Assembly: GCA_965197905.1 (NCBI GenBank)
Contig: CBDAOB010000004.1
Location: 1,408,001 to 1,472,000, forward strand
Length of the DNA stretch: 64,000 nt
Reading direction: 5' to 3'
From: Candidatus Latescibacterota bacterium
Lineage (GTDB): Bacteria; Latescibacterota; UBA2968; UBA8231
The notes beneath the pieces are model-generated. The model ran no database searches and was not told the origin of the DNA. It worked only from the letters and a program-made list of their open reading frames with translations. The position numbers and the translations under genes are program-made. Positions 1-10,149 of the stretch are shown here, piece after piece (the stretch's first letter is position 1; the number at the start of each line of letters is the position of its first letter).

Positions 1-345
1 CTGTAATTTCTGCGCCGAGGATTGCGCCGAAGACAAGCTGCTAAGAGCCATGATCTGAACGCGAAATACCGGGCCCTGTGGGACAGCCGCACTGTCCGGC
101 GGCGCCGCAGCGGCGATGGCTTCAACCGACGGGGGCCGGAAGCGGGGTTGGATCAACAACAACTCTTCCCGCAGCGTTTCTGGATCGAACGTCTCCGCCA
201 CCGCGTGCACCAACGCCAGCGGGTCGGACACCGAAACTCTGGCCAGCGTGGCGGCGGTGCCGCAACCCGACAGAGCACAGATCGCAAGCATACCTGCAAA
301 TATCGTTTTGAAGGTCAAATGCACGTGTCCGTCTCGCGGTGACAA
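1..345 (-). CDS. SPOR-domain lipoprotein, partial (runs off window start)
   Basis: Not in the ORF track. Manual translation: ...FKTIFAGMLAICALSGCGTAAT... (lipobox LSGC), then PVFRVQIMALSS, which resembles the SPOR 'YRVQVGAF' motif. Start is TTG 345 or GTG 324. Confidence 0.65.
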   Translation of the reverse strand, partial: MSPRDGHVHLTFKTIFAGMLAICALSGCGTAATLARVSVSDPLALVHAVAETFDPETLREELLLIQPRFRPPSVEAIAAAAPPDSAAVPQGPVFRVQIMALSSLSSAQSSAQKLQ

Positions 346-346
346 C

Positions 347-1390
347 CTATGACTCCTCCACCCAGTGCCGCAGTTGTTGTCCAAAGGGGGGCCGTGCGAC
401 CCCCTTTTCGGAGATGATGGCGGAAACCAACCGATGAGGCGTCACGTCGAAAGCAGGGTTGTAGATCCCTACCCCTTCAGGTGCCGTGGCAACTCCGAAG
501 CCACGGGATATTTCTTCAGCTTTGCGCTCTTCGATCGGTATCTGATCCCCGCTTTCGAGTTCCATGTCCAAGGTCGAAATCGGCGCTGCCACGTAGAAGG
601 GTATGCCGTGCTCCTTAGCGGCGATGGCCAATCCGTAAGTCCCGATCTTGTTGGCGACGTCGCCGTTGGCCGCTATGCGGTCGGCTCCGACGATAACACA
701 GTCGATCTGTTCCTTCCGCATAACCGCGGCCGCCATGCTGTCGCAGATCAACGTGACCTCCACCCCGCTCTCGTTCAGTTCCCAAGCCGTCAACCTGGCC
801 CCCTGCAGCAGTGGTCTCGTTTCGTCGGCGAAAACCTTGATTCTTTTGTCTTGCTCGGCCGCCGCGTAGATGACTCCCAGCGCCGTTCCATAGTCCGCCG
901 TTGCGAGGCTGCCGGCATTGCAGTGCGTTATCGCCGTTTGTCCGTCCTGCAATAGGGCGGCTCCGTGGTGACCCAGTTGCCGGCACACAGCTCGATCTGC
1001 TTCGAAGATTTCGTGCGCCCGCGCCAGCAACCGCGCGCAGATTTGATGATTGTCGGCGTCGGAGTTCGCCTCGAGAACTCGCCGCATCTGATTCAATGCC
1101 CAAAACAGGTTGACCGCTGTAGGGCGCGTCCCGGCGAGACGGTCCATCGAGTCGGCGACGTGAGTGCGGAATGCCGCCGGTTCGAGGTCGGCTCCTTCCT
1201 GGGCCCCAATCACAGCACCGTACGCAGCGGCAACACCGATGGCCGGAGCCCCGCGGACGCGCAGCTCGCGGATAGCCTCGGCAACGGTCTCCACGTCCTT
1301 GCATGAGAGGTAGGTGACTTCGCCAGGTAGACGGGTCTGGTCAAGGAGAACTAGAGCATCGTCTTCCCACTTGAGCGTTTGGATCGGCAT
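347..1390 (-). CDS. mtnA: S-methyl-5-thioribose-1-phosphate isomerase
   Basis: LLDQTRLP, VRGAPAIG, RPTAVNL, THCNAGSLAT, DETRPLLQGARLT, GADRIAANGD.ANKIGT, NPAFDVTP. Confidence 0.96.
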   Translation of the reverse strand: MPIQTLKWEDDALVLLDQTRLPGEVTYLSCKDVETVAEAIRELRVRGAPAIGVAAAYGAVIGAQEGADLEPAAFRTHVADSMDRLAGTRPTAVNLFWALNQMRRVLEANSDADNHQICARLLARAHEIFEADRAVCRQLGHHGAALLQDGQTAITHCNAGSLATADYGTALGVIYAAAEQDKRIKVFADETRPLLQGARLTAWELNESGVEVTLICDSMAAAVMRKEQIDCVIVGADRIAANGDVANKIGTYGLAIAAKEHGIPFYVAAPISTLDMELESGDQIPIEERKAEEISRGFGVATAPEGVGIYNPAFDVTPHRLVSAIISEKGVARPPFGQQLRHWVEES

Positions 1391-1393
1391 CTA

Positions 1394-1555
1394 GTGCCCT
1401 GTATCGGAAGTAGGCTTGTGAAATGAAGGCGCCGAGTCGCCCGGTCTGCAAGGCACGGGATCGAGGCGTATTGGTGAAATACGCCGAGTGAGCGTAACGC
1501 AGCAGATCGGGATAAATCGGCGAATTAATACAGGCATATTTTCGATACAGGGCAC
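1394..1555. mobile_element. MITE-like element, 162 bp, with imperfect terminal inverted repeats and a TA target duplication
   Basis: Left end TA-GTGCCCTGTATCGGAAGTAGGCTTGT; reverse complement of right end TA-GTGCCCTGTATCGAAAATATGCCTGT (24/28 identical including TA). TA at 1392-93 and 1556-57. Confidence 0.8.
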
Positions 1556-1977
1556 TATCTTCGTGCGAATTCGAATCCCCGACGGGCCTCGGGTGCCGGA
1601 TCCGGAGCAGTGCTGGATTCGAATTCGGTTCGGGGCGCATCGCCCCAGAGGCGCTCGAGGGCGTAAAACTCTCGCGTATCGTGCTGGAAAATGTGTACGG
1701 CAATGTCGACGTAATCCAATAGCACCCAACGTCGCTCTTTCAAACCTTCAACATGCAGGGGTCGTTCGTTCTCGAGTTTGAGCTCGCGCTCCACCGCTTC
1801 GGCCAGCACCTTTACATGCTGTGGCGAGGTGCCGGTGCACAAGAGGAAATAGTCGAGCAGATCGGTTACCTCGCGCAAGTCCAGGAGAACGATATCCATC
1901 CCTTTTTTCTCCTGGAGGGCCCCAACCATCCGCGGCATGTTCGGGCTCTCTATCGGCTTCGGAATTGTTTCGCTCAC
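1555..1977 (-). CDS. rsfS: Ribosome silencing factor RsfS (Iojap)
   Basis: KKGMDIVLLDL, WVLLDYVDIAVHIF, REFYALERLWGDA. Confidence 0.95.
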   Translation of the reverse strand: MSETIPKPIESPNMPRMVGALQEKKGMDIVLLDLREVTDLLDYFLLCTGTSPQHVKVLAEAVERELKLENERPLHVEGLKERRWVLLDYVDIAVHIFQHDTREFYALERLWGDAPRTEFESSTAPDPAPEARRGFEFARR

Positions 1978-2531
1978 TTGCCGTGCTCGAGTAGTTTGAG
2001 TTCTTTGTGGTCGTGGCCGATGATGATCGAAACGTCGGCTACGCTGTAGGAATCTACGGCGATCTGTTGGGCGTAGTTTGGCACTCCTAAAATCATCGCA
2101 ACCTGGAGCGCTTTGGACATGTCTCCGCGGCGATCCAGGACGATGGTTTCGAGGAAATTGAAACTTTCCGCATCACCTTCGTGGATTACGTCGATACCCA
2201 AATCGCGGGCTTTTCTCGTGAGTCGTGCCGCCGCCTTGGGCGCCCCGCAACCGTTCAGGACCTCGACCCGAATCGGGCGTTCTAGCTGCGGTGTCTTGAG
2301 CGGTACCTCACGGGGACCTGCTCCGCTTTCCAGATAACGCCAGGTAGAACCGGCCACCAAAACCACGCCGGCAACGCACCCCAATAGCCAAAGCGCCTTT
2401 CTCTGGACCGAACCCGCATTCAAGAGAAGGTCAACCGCCTGTTTTGTAAAGGAGGACGGCGGCCAAACGGCGAGAAGTCTGGCCTTGGAGACGGAGAGAC
2501 CTGCGGGAGATACCAAAAATATCGCCGGCAA
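1974..2531 (-). CDS. LytR C-terminal domain membrane protein (true start probably downstream of 2531)
   Basis: One TM segment followed by IRVEVLNGCG...ADVSIIIGHD (LytR_C signature); usual neighbour of rsfS. Confidence 0.8.
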   Translation of the reverse strand: MPAIFLVSPAGLSVSKARLLAVWPPSSFTKQAVDLLLNAGSVQRKALWLLGCVAGVVLVAGSTWRYLESGAGPREVPLKTPQLERPIRVEVLNGCGAPKAAARLTRKARDLGIDVIHEGDAESFNFLETIVLDRRGDMSKALQVAMILGVPNYAQQIAVDSYSVADVSIIIGHDHKELKLLEHGK

Positions 2532-2888
2532 CGTCGAATCTCAGCCGGCTGGCGGGATCGTCAGGGAATTAATTAAATGAAGCGTAAATAAGCTGTTAAG
2601 TCAACTAAAGAGAGGGCAATTCGGAGGTTGGTGCAGAAAGGCTGGCGCCGACGGCCGGGGGTGCGGAAAACGATTCGAAATCCGGCTTTTAGACGAATGA
2701 CAACCCGATACGCAGAAACAGGTAGGAAAAACTCGCGGCGGTAAGTACTCGGGCAAGCAGGTCGGAAGGGGTTTGGTGAGTCATGGTTTTTCGTTCGACG
2801 GTGAACAAATAAGCTACTGAACATTTGTATAATAGTGGACATTAATGCAGCTGCCAAGCGGGAAACGCGTCGGTAAGGATCGTCAGCG

Positions 2889-3842
2889 GTGGAACAGATA
2901 ACCGAGGAGGAGATTCGCCAGCACTTCGACATGGAGATGTTTCTCGACGCCTGTCATCGCGGATTCACCCTTTTTGGAACCGGTGAGCTGATCAATCCCG
3001 AACGCCGCGAATGGGTTGAAGCGGACAAGTCGTTCCACCTGGTAATGGAGGCGGAATGGAAAGAGCGCTACAAAGCGCGCAAAACCATCGACGAGCAGTC
3101 GGACGTGAGTACCGGGCGGTTGGGAGAGCGGCGCGCGATGATGACGCTGACGGATCTGCAGGCGGAGAGCGTGGTAGAGATGGGCGCGGACCTGGTCACG
3201 GATATGCGCACTGGGGCGGCCGCAGCATTGGGGCTGCAGTACCTTTGCCCCCCTTCTCTACGCCGCTTGGCAGTAATCGGCACCGGGCGAGTTGCCCTGC
3301 GTGCAGCACTTGCCTGCGACGAGCTGCACCAGCTCGAATGTATTGTGGTCACCAGCCGCAACCCGGAAAACCGCGAGCGTTTCGCCGCTCAAGCCAGCTC
3401 CGTCGCCAACGCCCGCATCGAACTCGCACCCGACGTCGACCGCTGCGTCGCCGATGCCGACGCCATCGTCGCGGCGGTGCCGACACCGCAGCCGGTATTG
3501 TCGAAAGCGCACGTGGAGGGAAAAATGCTGGTTGCGATCGGGGGAGATTCACGCACTCAGCAGCTTGCCCCGGAGATCCTCAGCGAGCAGATCATTCTGC
3601 CGGATCATCTGCAACAGACCATGAAGGCGGGCGAATTTCGCCGCGCGCAAGAAGACGGTCAGCTCGAGTCCGTTCGTTTTGCGCGAGATGAGAACGGGAC
3701 GGTTCTGAATATGGGCGATGCCGCCTGCGAACGATTGGGTGGCGTTCGACCCCAGGTGGTCTATTTGACCGGCGTCGCGGCCCTCGACCTGTGCGCTGCG
3801 GTCATGATCTACGAGGGGCTCAGAAAAGGGCGGAATATTTGA
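2889..3842 (+). CDS. Ornithine cyclodeaminase/mu-crystallin family protein
   Basis: LVTDMRTGAAAALG, AVIGTGRVA (Rossmann fold), TGVAALDL. Confidence 0.8.
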   Translation: MEQITEEEIRQHFDMEMFLDACHRGFTLFGTGELINPERREWVEADKSFHLVMEAEWKERYKARKTIDEQSDVSTGRLGERRAMMTLTDLQAESVVEMGADLVTDMRTGAAAALGLQYLCPPSLRRLAVIGTGRVALRAALACDELHQLECIVVTSRNPENRERFAAQASSVANARIELAPDVDRCVADADAIVAAVPTPQPVLSKAHVEGKMLVAIGGDSRTQQLAPEILSEQIILPDHLQQTMKAGEFRRAQEDGQLESVRFARDENGTVLNMGDAACERLGGVRPQVVYLTGVAALDLCAAVMIYEGLRKGRNI

Positions 3843-6546
3843 AGGTCATGATGTAGTCCTGAGTCCCTCTGCGTTTGGCTTTGGCGCGACTGTCGTAGAC
3901 GTCCCAGCCGAACCCGAAAAGGAACCGGTCTTTGTAGAGGGACAGAGCCAATCCCATGGATACGGCGATGGAATTGTCCGTGGACAAGGCCTCGAGGACG
4001 TTCCCGATCGCCGTCAAATGCACACCGGAAATCGAAGCGTTTTCGGAATTGTGCCAGCCGGCGAACGCCAATCCGGGCAATCCTATGAGGCGCTCCGTCT
4101 CGCCCTTCACCTTGTTGCCATTCTTGTCGGTGTAATTCCGTCCCGGCCGTACCGTCAAGAACGAGACCAGCGGTTTGGCCTCAAACTCCCACTTCCACCC
4201 TCCCGCCTCCAGAACCTGGGACACAGTCTGCGGCGGTGCGCCCGGATAACTGCTGGTGGTCACCTTGATACGCGCCCGTTTTATGGCAGCTTCCTCCAGG
4301 CGCAGGCTCAATCCGTCTGCAAACACGGTTCCATGGCTCGATTCGTGGAGCTGCAGCTGGGTCCGTTTGGCGCTCCCCCTGGGATCGTAGTTGGCGTCGA
4401 GTTTCACCCATTCGATGTTGATCTTGCGACCAACCAGGGCGCGACGAAGTGAGTCGTCCATGGCGATGCCCACCTCGATCTTAGTTGCATCGCGCACGAT
4501 CACCGGGGTTCGGTTCCATTCGACATCGAGGGTGTCTTTGCTCGTCTTCCGAGTGGCGGTCACCATCGCGATCTCGGCCAGGTCGATGTTTCCCAGAGCC
4601 CCTTTGCCTCTTATCGGAATCGGACGCGCCTTGTCTTTCAGGTCGTTGCTGATGAGCAATATCTTCCCCAGCCGGTTACCCAGCACCTGCGGAGAAAAAT
4701 AGATCTGCACCCTGGTGGACTCACCGGGACGCAGGGTAAAGTTGTTCGGTTCGGCGTGTGCTTCCGGGGTCAGGGACCGGGCTTCGACACGCGATTCGGA
4801 GTCACCGCTGTTGGTGGCAACGATGGTGCGGGCTTCGCGTTTACCCAGTTCCACGTACCCGAATTCCAGGGGACCGGAGGGATGCAGCTCGATTTCGGCG
4901 GCCACGCCCGTGCCGTTCAGCAGCACCTCCAGGGTTTCGCTACCGTCTTCCCAGAACCCCTTCAGTTTGAGGACTTCCGACACCGTTCCCCGGTCGGAGG
5001 GACTGAAAGCGAGGTTGAGGGGCAGTGAACGCAAACCGTTGGCGGGCAGAACGAACTTGTTGCTCTCGCTCACCTGGGTATAGACGGCGAAGGCGTCGCC
5101 GGTTGACTTAACTTCATCCACGGTGAAATCGACGTTGCCGATGTTTAGAATCTCCACTATCTGGCTGCTGCTTTCACCGACGGCGATGCGGCCGAAATCG
5201 ACGGTAGAAGGATTCAGCTTGAGAAACCTTCCCTCCCCGCGAAGCGGCAACCGACGAAGACCTGATGCGGTCTCCACGATCACGTCGGCGGTGCGAGCGC
5301 CCAGCTCCCTGGGCGTGAAAACGATTTCGACCGCCCGGCTTTCTCCTGGCTGCAACAGTATCGATGGTGATTCGATAACGAACTCCGCGGCCGCGACACC
5401 TTCCACGTTCATCTTAACGGTGAAAGGCACCCCACCTCGGTTCCACAACAGAAGGTTCTCCTTCTGCTGCCTGCCGAGACCTGCACTGCCGAAATCGATG
5501 CGGCGAACGTTCAGGATCTCGATGATCGCAGGACTCGTCTGCGCCTGTGCTTTAATGGGGATCACCGTCAGCGGCGAAACGGGATCATTGGTAGAGAGAT
5601 TGAGCTTGCCGGTGACCTTTCCACTCAAATCCGGTTCGAACACCACCTCGAGTTGTAGCTGCCCACCCGGTGGGACCGACCGCAATGAGTCGGGACTCCA
5701 TGCCGGCGCGAACCCTCCACCGGAAACGGATGCCTGCGAAATCGTCAGGTCGGACGAGCCGCGATTGAGTATGGTTGCGCGGCGCACTTGTCGACTGCCG
5801 ACCATGACCGTTCCGAAATCCAGTCCCACTTCCGACAGCGGCGAGTAGAGTGCTAGCGGCGCCTGACCGCCAGCCCGCAACTCCCATTCCATTATAGCTG
5901 GAGTTTGATCCGCCGACCGGAGCACCAGGGTCGTGTGATAGGTTCCGGCCTTCTGAGGCGCAAATTCGAGTGCCAGTTCGACGATTGCCGCCGGCTTCAA
6001 TACCGCGCTTGGCGGCTGCGGAATGCGAAACCCCATCGTGGGGTTGGTTAGGTAGAAGCTGTCGATGGCCACGGGTACGGGAGAGGTATTCTCCAGCCGG
6101 ATGGTTCGGCGGACCGTCTCACCCGCGGTCGCGGATCCGAAATCGAGGCCTTGGCGGGGCGCGGGTGAAAGCCCGAGAACGGGCTGGACCACCTCGACGC
6201 GGAGCGCCACGGAGTACCGCTCTGATGTGAAAAGTTTCTTGACGGTCAGTTGAAGGCGACCTTCGCGAACACCTTCAGAAGAGCCTTCGAACCTGATCCC
6301 TATTCTGCGCTCCGCCCCGCCCTGGAGGTAGACGGTATCGACGTCTGTCGCGAACGACGTTCCCTTCAGGCTCAGTTCGATCTCGAGATCATCGTCCGTC
6401 ACGTTGCCCAGGCTGACTTCACCGTTTGCCGATTGGGCTACTTTGACCACCCCGAGATCGAGTTTTTCGGGAGTCGTGGTTAACGATTGCGCGAACGCGG
6501 AGGCGGCCAGGAAAAGGCAGGAAAGGAAAGCAACTACGACTGGCAT
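3820..6546 (-). CDS. Secreted protein with six ASH/choice-of-anchor-D Ig-like repeats and a beta-rich C-terminal region
   Basis: Signal peptide (…AASAFA|Q). Repeats begin LDLG, LDFG, LDFG, IDFG, VDFG, LEFG, each followed by N.G/S and F.P motifs. Ends YSALF. Confidence 0.85.
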   Translation of the reverse strand: MPVVVAFLSCLFLAASAFAQSLTTTPEKLDLGVVKVAQSANGEVSLGNVTDDDLEIELSLKGTSFATDVDTVYLQGGAERRIGIRFEGSSEGVREGRLQLTVKKLFTSERYSVALRVEVVQPVLGLSPAPRQGLDFGSATAGETVRRTIRLENTSPVPVAIDSFYLTNPTMGFRIPQPPSAVLKPAAIVELALEFAPQKAGTYHTTLVLRSADQTPAIMEWELRAGGQAPLALYSPLSEVGLDFGTVMVGSRQVRRATILNRGSSDLTISQASVSGGGFAPAWSPDSLRSVPPGGQLQLEVVFEPDLSGKVTGKLNLSTNDPVSPLTVIPIKAQAQTSPAIIEILNVRRIDFGSAGLGRQQKENLLLWNRGGVPFTVKMNVEGVAAAEFVIESPSILLQPGESRAVEIVFTPRELGARTADVIVETASGLRRLPLRGEGRFLKLNPSTVDFGRIAVGESSSQIVEILNIGNVDFTVDEVKSTGDAFAVYTQVSESNKFVLPANGLRSLPLNLAFSPSDRGTVSEVLKLKGFWEDGSETLEVLLNGTGVAAEIELHPSGPLEFGYVELGKREARTIVATNSGDSESRVEARSLTPEAHAEPNNFTLRPGESTRVQIYFSPQVLGNRLGKILLISNDLKDKARPIPIRGKGALGNIDLAEIAMVTATRKTSKDTLDVEWNRTPVIVRDATKIEVGIAMDDSLRRALVGRKINIEWVKLDANYDPRGSAKRTQLQLHESSHGTVFADGLSLRLEEAAIKRARIKVTTSSYPGAPPQTVSQVLEAGGWKWEFEAKPLVSFLTVRPGRNYTDKNGNKVKGETERLIGLPGLAFAGWHNSENASISGVHLTAIGNVLEALSTDNSIAVSMGLALSLYKDRFLFGFGWDVYDSRAKAKRRGTQDYIMTFKYSALF

Positions 6547-6575
6547 ACGGTAGACGGACTATTAACTGGGAGAAT

Positions 6576-6689
6576 AAAAAAGAGCGACCAACTCACCAGA
6601 ATGCCTCGCGGATATTTGTCGAAGTTCCACATTCGGAAGTTGTGGAAAACTTCCAGAGGGGCATTCCTTCATGAATTCAGGTCACTCTT
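6576..6689 (-). ncRNA. Candidate ~114-nt rod-shaped structured RNA or leader
   Basis: 5' AAGAGUGACC pairs with 3' GGUCGCUCUU, followed by a U tract. Nested stems AAUUCA/UGAGUU, GGAAUGCC/GGCAUUCU, GAAGUU/AACUUC and CCACA/UGUGG. Begins at the predicted TSS. Confidence 0.55.
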
Positions 6690-6696
6690 AGGCGTC

Positions 6697-6725
6697 AAGA
6701 TACCGAAATTGAGAATGAGTGTCAA
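6697..6725 (-). promoter_or_regulatory. Sigma70-type promoter TTGACA-17-TATCTT flanked by two TTCATGAA palindromes
   Basis: -35 at 6720-6725, -10 at 6697-6702; TTCATGAA at 6668-6675 and 6729-6736. Confidence 0.7.
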
Positions 6726-6812
6726 GAATTCATGAAACGTAGCTAAATCACTGCATCTTCTGTATTTGCGCCTTCTCTTCGAAGCTGGGCGGAGGGTTTC
6801 TCGCAGGTCTAT

Positions 6813-7737
6813 TTATGCCTTTGCTTCGACGGTTTCTACCAGGGACAGGAGAAAATGTTTCAGCTCGGGATCGCCGGCGGCCATGTAGAGACCGAACTTG
6901 CGACGCGCCCGATAATACGGCATCCTACCTCGCCGCAAAAAGCAGGCGGCACCGGCTTCTTCGGCGATCAGGGAGGGGGGGGCCAACATCGTGAACCTCT
7001 ACCTGGCGCGTGAGGTAGGCGCAGAGTTCTCCTTCAGACATGAGGGTGAGCACCAGAGCGGCGCCGATGGGATACTCCCGTGGATCGAGACGGGGTTTCG
7101 CCCCTCGTTGGTATTCCCGCGCCTTGGAGGATATGAACGCTCGCTGGGTGACAGCAGTTTGCGGTAGTGTTAACCGGTGGCGGCGGGAACCTTGTTGAAG
7201 ATAGGCGCCTTTGCCGCGGGTTGCCGTGAACAGCTTGTCTTCGGTGGGTCGTGCTACGATCGCCGCAATCATGACTCCTCGGTACGCGAGACCAAGCGAG
7301 ACGTGGTAGGGTCCGTCGCCCTTTTGGAAATGTAAGGTGCCGTCGATGGGATCGAGGATCAGCGCATAGTCGGAACCGCCTCCCTTGAACCTGCGTTTGA
7401 GGGGCGTATTCTCCTCGGCGATACATCTCACGTTGGGAAAATGCTGCAAGGCGACACCGAGAATGATGTCCTGCACCGCTCCGTCGATGGCGGTAAACGC
7501 TGCGGACGCGGTTTGGGCCATCGTGCCGATAAGCGAGGTGTCGGCTGACTTGCCCAGATTTGCCACGCGCCCGTAGAAGATCAGCGACGCTTCCGCGCAT
7601 TGACGGACAACCGGAAGCATGCTTTCCACGAATCGCTGCGGATCTATCGTGCTCACTATCAGCTCGGATGTCGCTGGGTGTTGGAAGTCGTCCACCCGCG
7701 AACGCAGAACGCAAAAAGCCCGGTTGCCAATCTGCAA
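6813..7737 (-). CDS. Inositol monophosphatase family protein, frameshifted at a G8 run (start may be GTG 7656)
   Basis: IAEE and LILDPIDGT motifs. Removing one base from G8 (6975-6982) restores HDVGPPSLIAEEAGA (the WD.AAG.LI.EEAGG motif) and extends the ORF to TAA at 6813. Confidence 0.8.
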
Positions 7738-7778
7738 CCGGGCTTTTCAAGGAACGTCACGCACCTGCTCCTTGGATA

Positions 7779-10093
7779 TTATCCAGCCGCCTCAGGCATG
7801 GTCTCGGCCCGTTCTCGTAGGGCCGCAACCAGCTTGTCCGGCGTGATGGGCAGGTCGGTCATGCGACAGCCGGTAGCGTCGAAGATAGCGTTGGCGATGG
7901 CGGCCATGGGCGGCACGATCGGCACTTCACCGACGCCGCGGATTCCGTGTGGACTGCCCGGATTGGCCACCTCGACGAGGATGGTTTCCACCAACGGCAG
8001 GTCGAGTGTAGTCGGCATCCTGTAGTCGAGGAAGGTGGGGTTGGCCATGCCGCCGTCGTCGTTGTAGAAGTAACCTTCGGTCAACGCCCATCCGATCCCC
8101 TGCACCGCTCCTCCTTGAATCTGCCCTTCCACGTAGCTCGGATGAATCGCCTTGCCGACGTCCTGAACGGCGGTATACCGCAGGATTTTCACCTTGCCGG
8201 TTTCCGGATCGACCTCCACATCCACGACGTGATCGGCGAAGGCGTTGCCCGGCCCGCTACCGATTACCGATCCACACCCTTCCAGCGGACCTCCGGTGCC
8301 TCTCTGTTCGGCGGCCACTTCCGCGAAAGTAAGCTGCTTTCCCCGGTCGCTCTTGCAGCGGAATCGGTTATCGGCGAACTCGACCTCCCCGTCGTCCACC
8401 TCCAGCTGGCGGGCAGCGCGGATACGCATCTTTTCTTTGATGTCTTCCGCGGCGAGAAAACAGGCTTGTCCGGTGGCGTAGGTAACCCGGCTTCCTCCCG
8501 TGCCGTCGTGATACGCAATAGAGTCGGTGTCGGCCACGATGGGGTTCACCTGGCTCGCGGACAGCCCCAAGGTCTCAGCGACGATCATCGCCATCGAAGC
8601 ACGGCTGCCGCCGATATCCACCGAACCCTCCAACAGATTTACGGTCCCGTCGGTGTTGACGCTGATGGTCGACGCCGATTGACCCCCACCGTTTGGCCAG
8701 AATCCGGAAGCAACGCCGCGCCCGGAAAAGGGTGCCCGAGGCCGATCGCTTTGATAGTGGTCGCTGGACACGGCGGCCTGCAAGGTTTCTTCAAATCCGA
8801 TCTTCCCGTAGGCGGTACCGTCGGTGCGCCGGGTACCTTCGCGGGCGGCGTTTTTGCGCCGCAGCTCTAGCGGGTCCATCTCCAGGTTTACCGCAATTTC
8901 ATCGATGACGCATTCGGCAGCGAAAGCGGCCTGGGGGGCTCCAGGGGCTCGGTATGCCGTTGCCTTGGGTTTGTTGGTCACCACATCGTACCCGTCGATG
9001 GCCACATGTTCGATGTTGTAGGGTGCCAGCATGCACCTGGCACCGGCGCCGACCGATGATCCGGGAAAAGCGCCGGCGTCGTACGCCATGTTCACCTGGG
9101 CGGCCACGATCGTGCCGTCCCGTTTGGCTCCCATCTTGATTCTGGAGGAAGTCCCCGGGGCCGGACCGCTGCCCTCGAACTCCTCGGTTCGGTTCATGGT
9201 CATCTTCACCGGATGCCCGGTCTTGTGCGACATCACCGCGGCTGCCGGCTCCATGTAGATCGGAAACTTGCCGCCGAAACCGCCGCCGATTTCACACGGA
9301 ATCACCTTGATCTTGGAGATTGGTAACTGGAGCACATGCGCCAGCTGCGCGCGTATCTGGAAGGGTCCCTGGGTGCTCACCCAGACCGTTATCGTGCCGT
9401 CTCGCTTCCAAAAAACCGTCGTATTGTGGGGCTCTATATACCCCTGGTGCACCATCGCTGTGTTGAACTCCCGCTCGACGGTCACGTCTGCTTCGGCGAA
9501 CCCCTTCTCCACATCCCCTACCACGAGCTGAATGTGGCTGGCGATGTTGCTCTTCTTCCCCGTGTCTTCTCCCAGGGATTTGGTTGTTCTCGCTTCGTCG
9601 AGAAGCGGGGCCCCGTCCGCCATCGCCGCGCGCAACGCAATCACCGGCTGTAGCGGTTCGTACTCCACCTCGATCAACTCCAACGCCTCTTCGGCGATAT
9701 GCACGTTGGTGGCCGCCACCGCCGCCACGGCTTGTCCCTTGTAGAGTACCTTGCCTGAGGCAAGAGAATTCTGCGCGAGTTCGCGAATATTCACCTGCGT
9801 TTCGCCGATGTCGGAGATCTTGTCGACGGTGGCCACCAGATCGTCGGCGGTGGCTACGGCGCGTACGCCGGGAAAGCGCAATGCCTTGGAGGTGTCTATA
9901 GAGATGATGCGGGCGTGGGCATGGGGGCTGCGAAGCACCTTGCCGTGGAGCAGATCGGCAAGCCGCACATCGCCGCCGTAGATCGCCGTGCCGGTTACCT
10001 TGTCGACGCCATCGTGACGTACCGGTCGAGTTCCGATAACGCTGTTTTCCCATCGCTGGTGAAGTCGGGATAGTCTCCGTACTTTGTCACCAT
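7779..10093 (-). CDS. Xanthine dehydrogenase family molybdopterin-binding (large) subunit, frameshifted near the N-terminus
   Basis: LRSPHAHA, IGGGFGGK, AYRAPGAPQ, VEVDPETG, QIQGGAVQGIG, RGVGEVP. ATG 10093 follows AAAGGAG; adding one base at the T4 run (10045-48) joins it to SVIGTRPVRHDGVDKVTG. Confidence 0.9.
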
Positions 10094-10149
10094 TCCGATT
10101 GAGCTCCTTTTCCCTTTCCTCTGAAAAAACCGCGGTTTAGAAGGATTCG

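Noticed and set aside
2532..2888. AT-richer intergenic region with a repeated AAATAAGCT
   Set aside because: Consistent with divergent promoters; two 9-mers about 220 bp apart are too weak to call an operator, and I saw no convincing RNA structure or ORF.
7779..10093. Aerobic CO dehydrogenase CoxL
   Set aside because: The active-site loop is AYRAPG, not AYxCSFR (form I) or AYxGAGR (form II).
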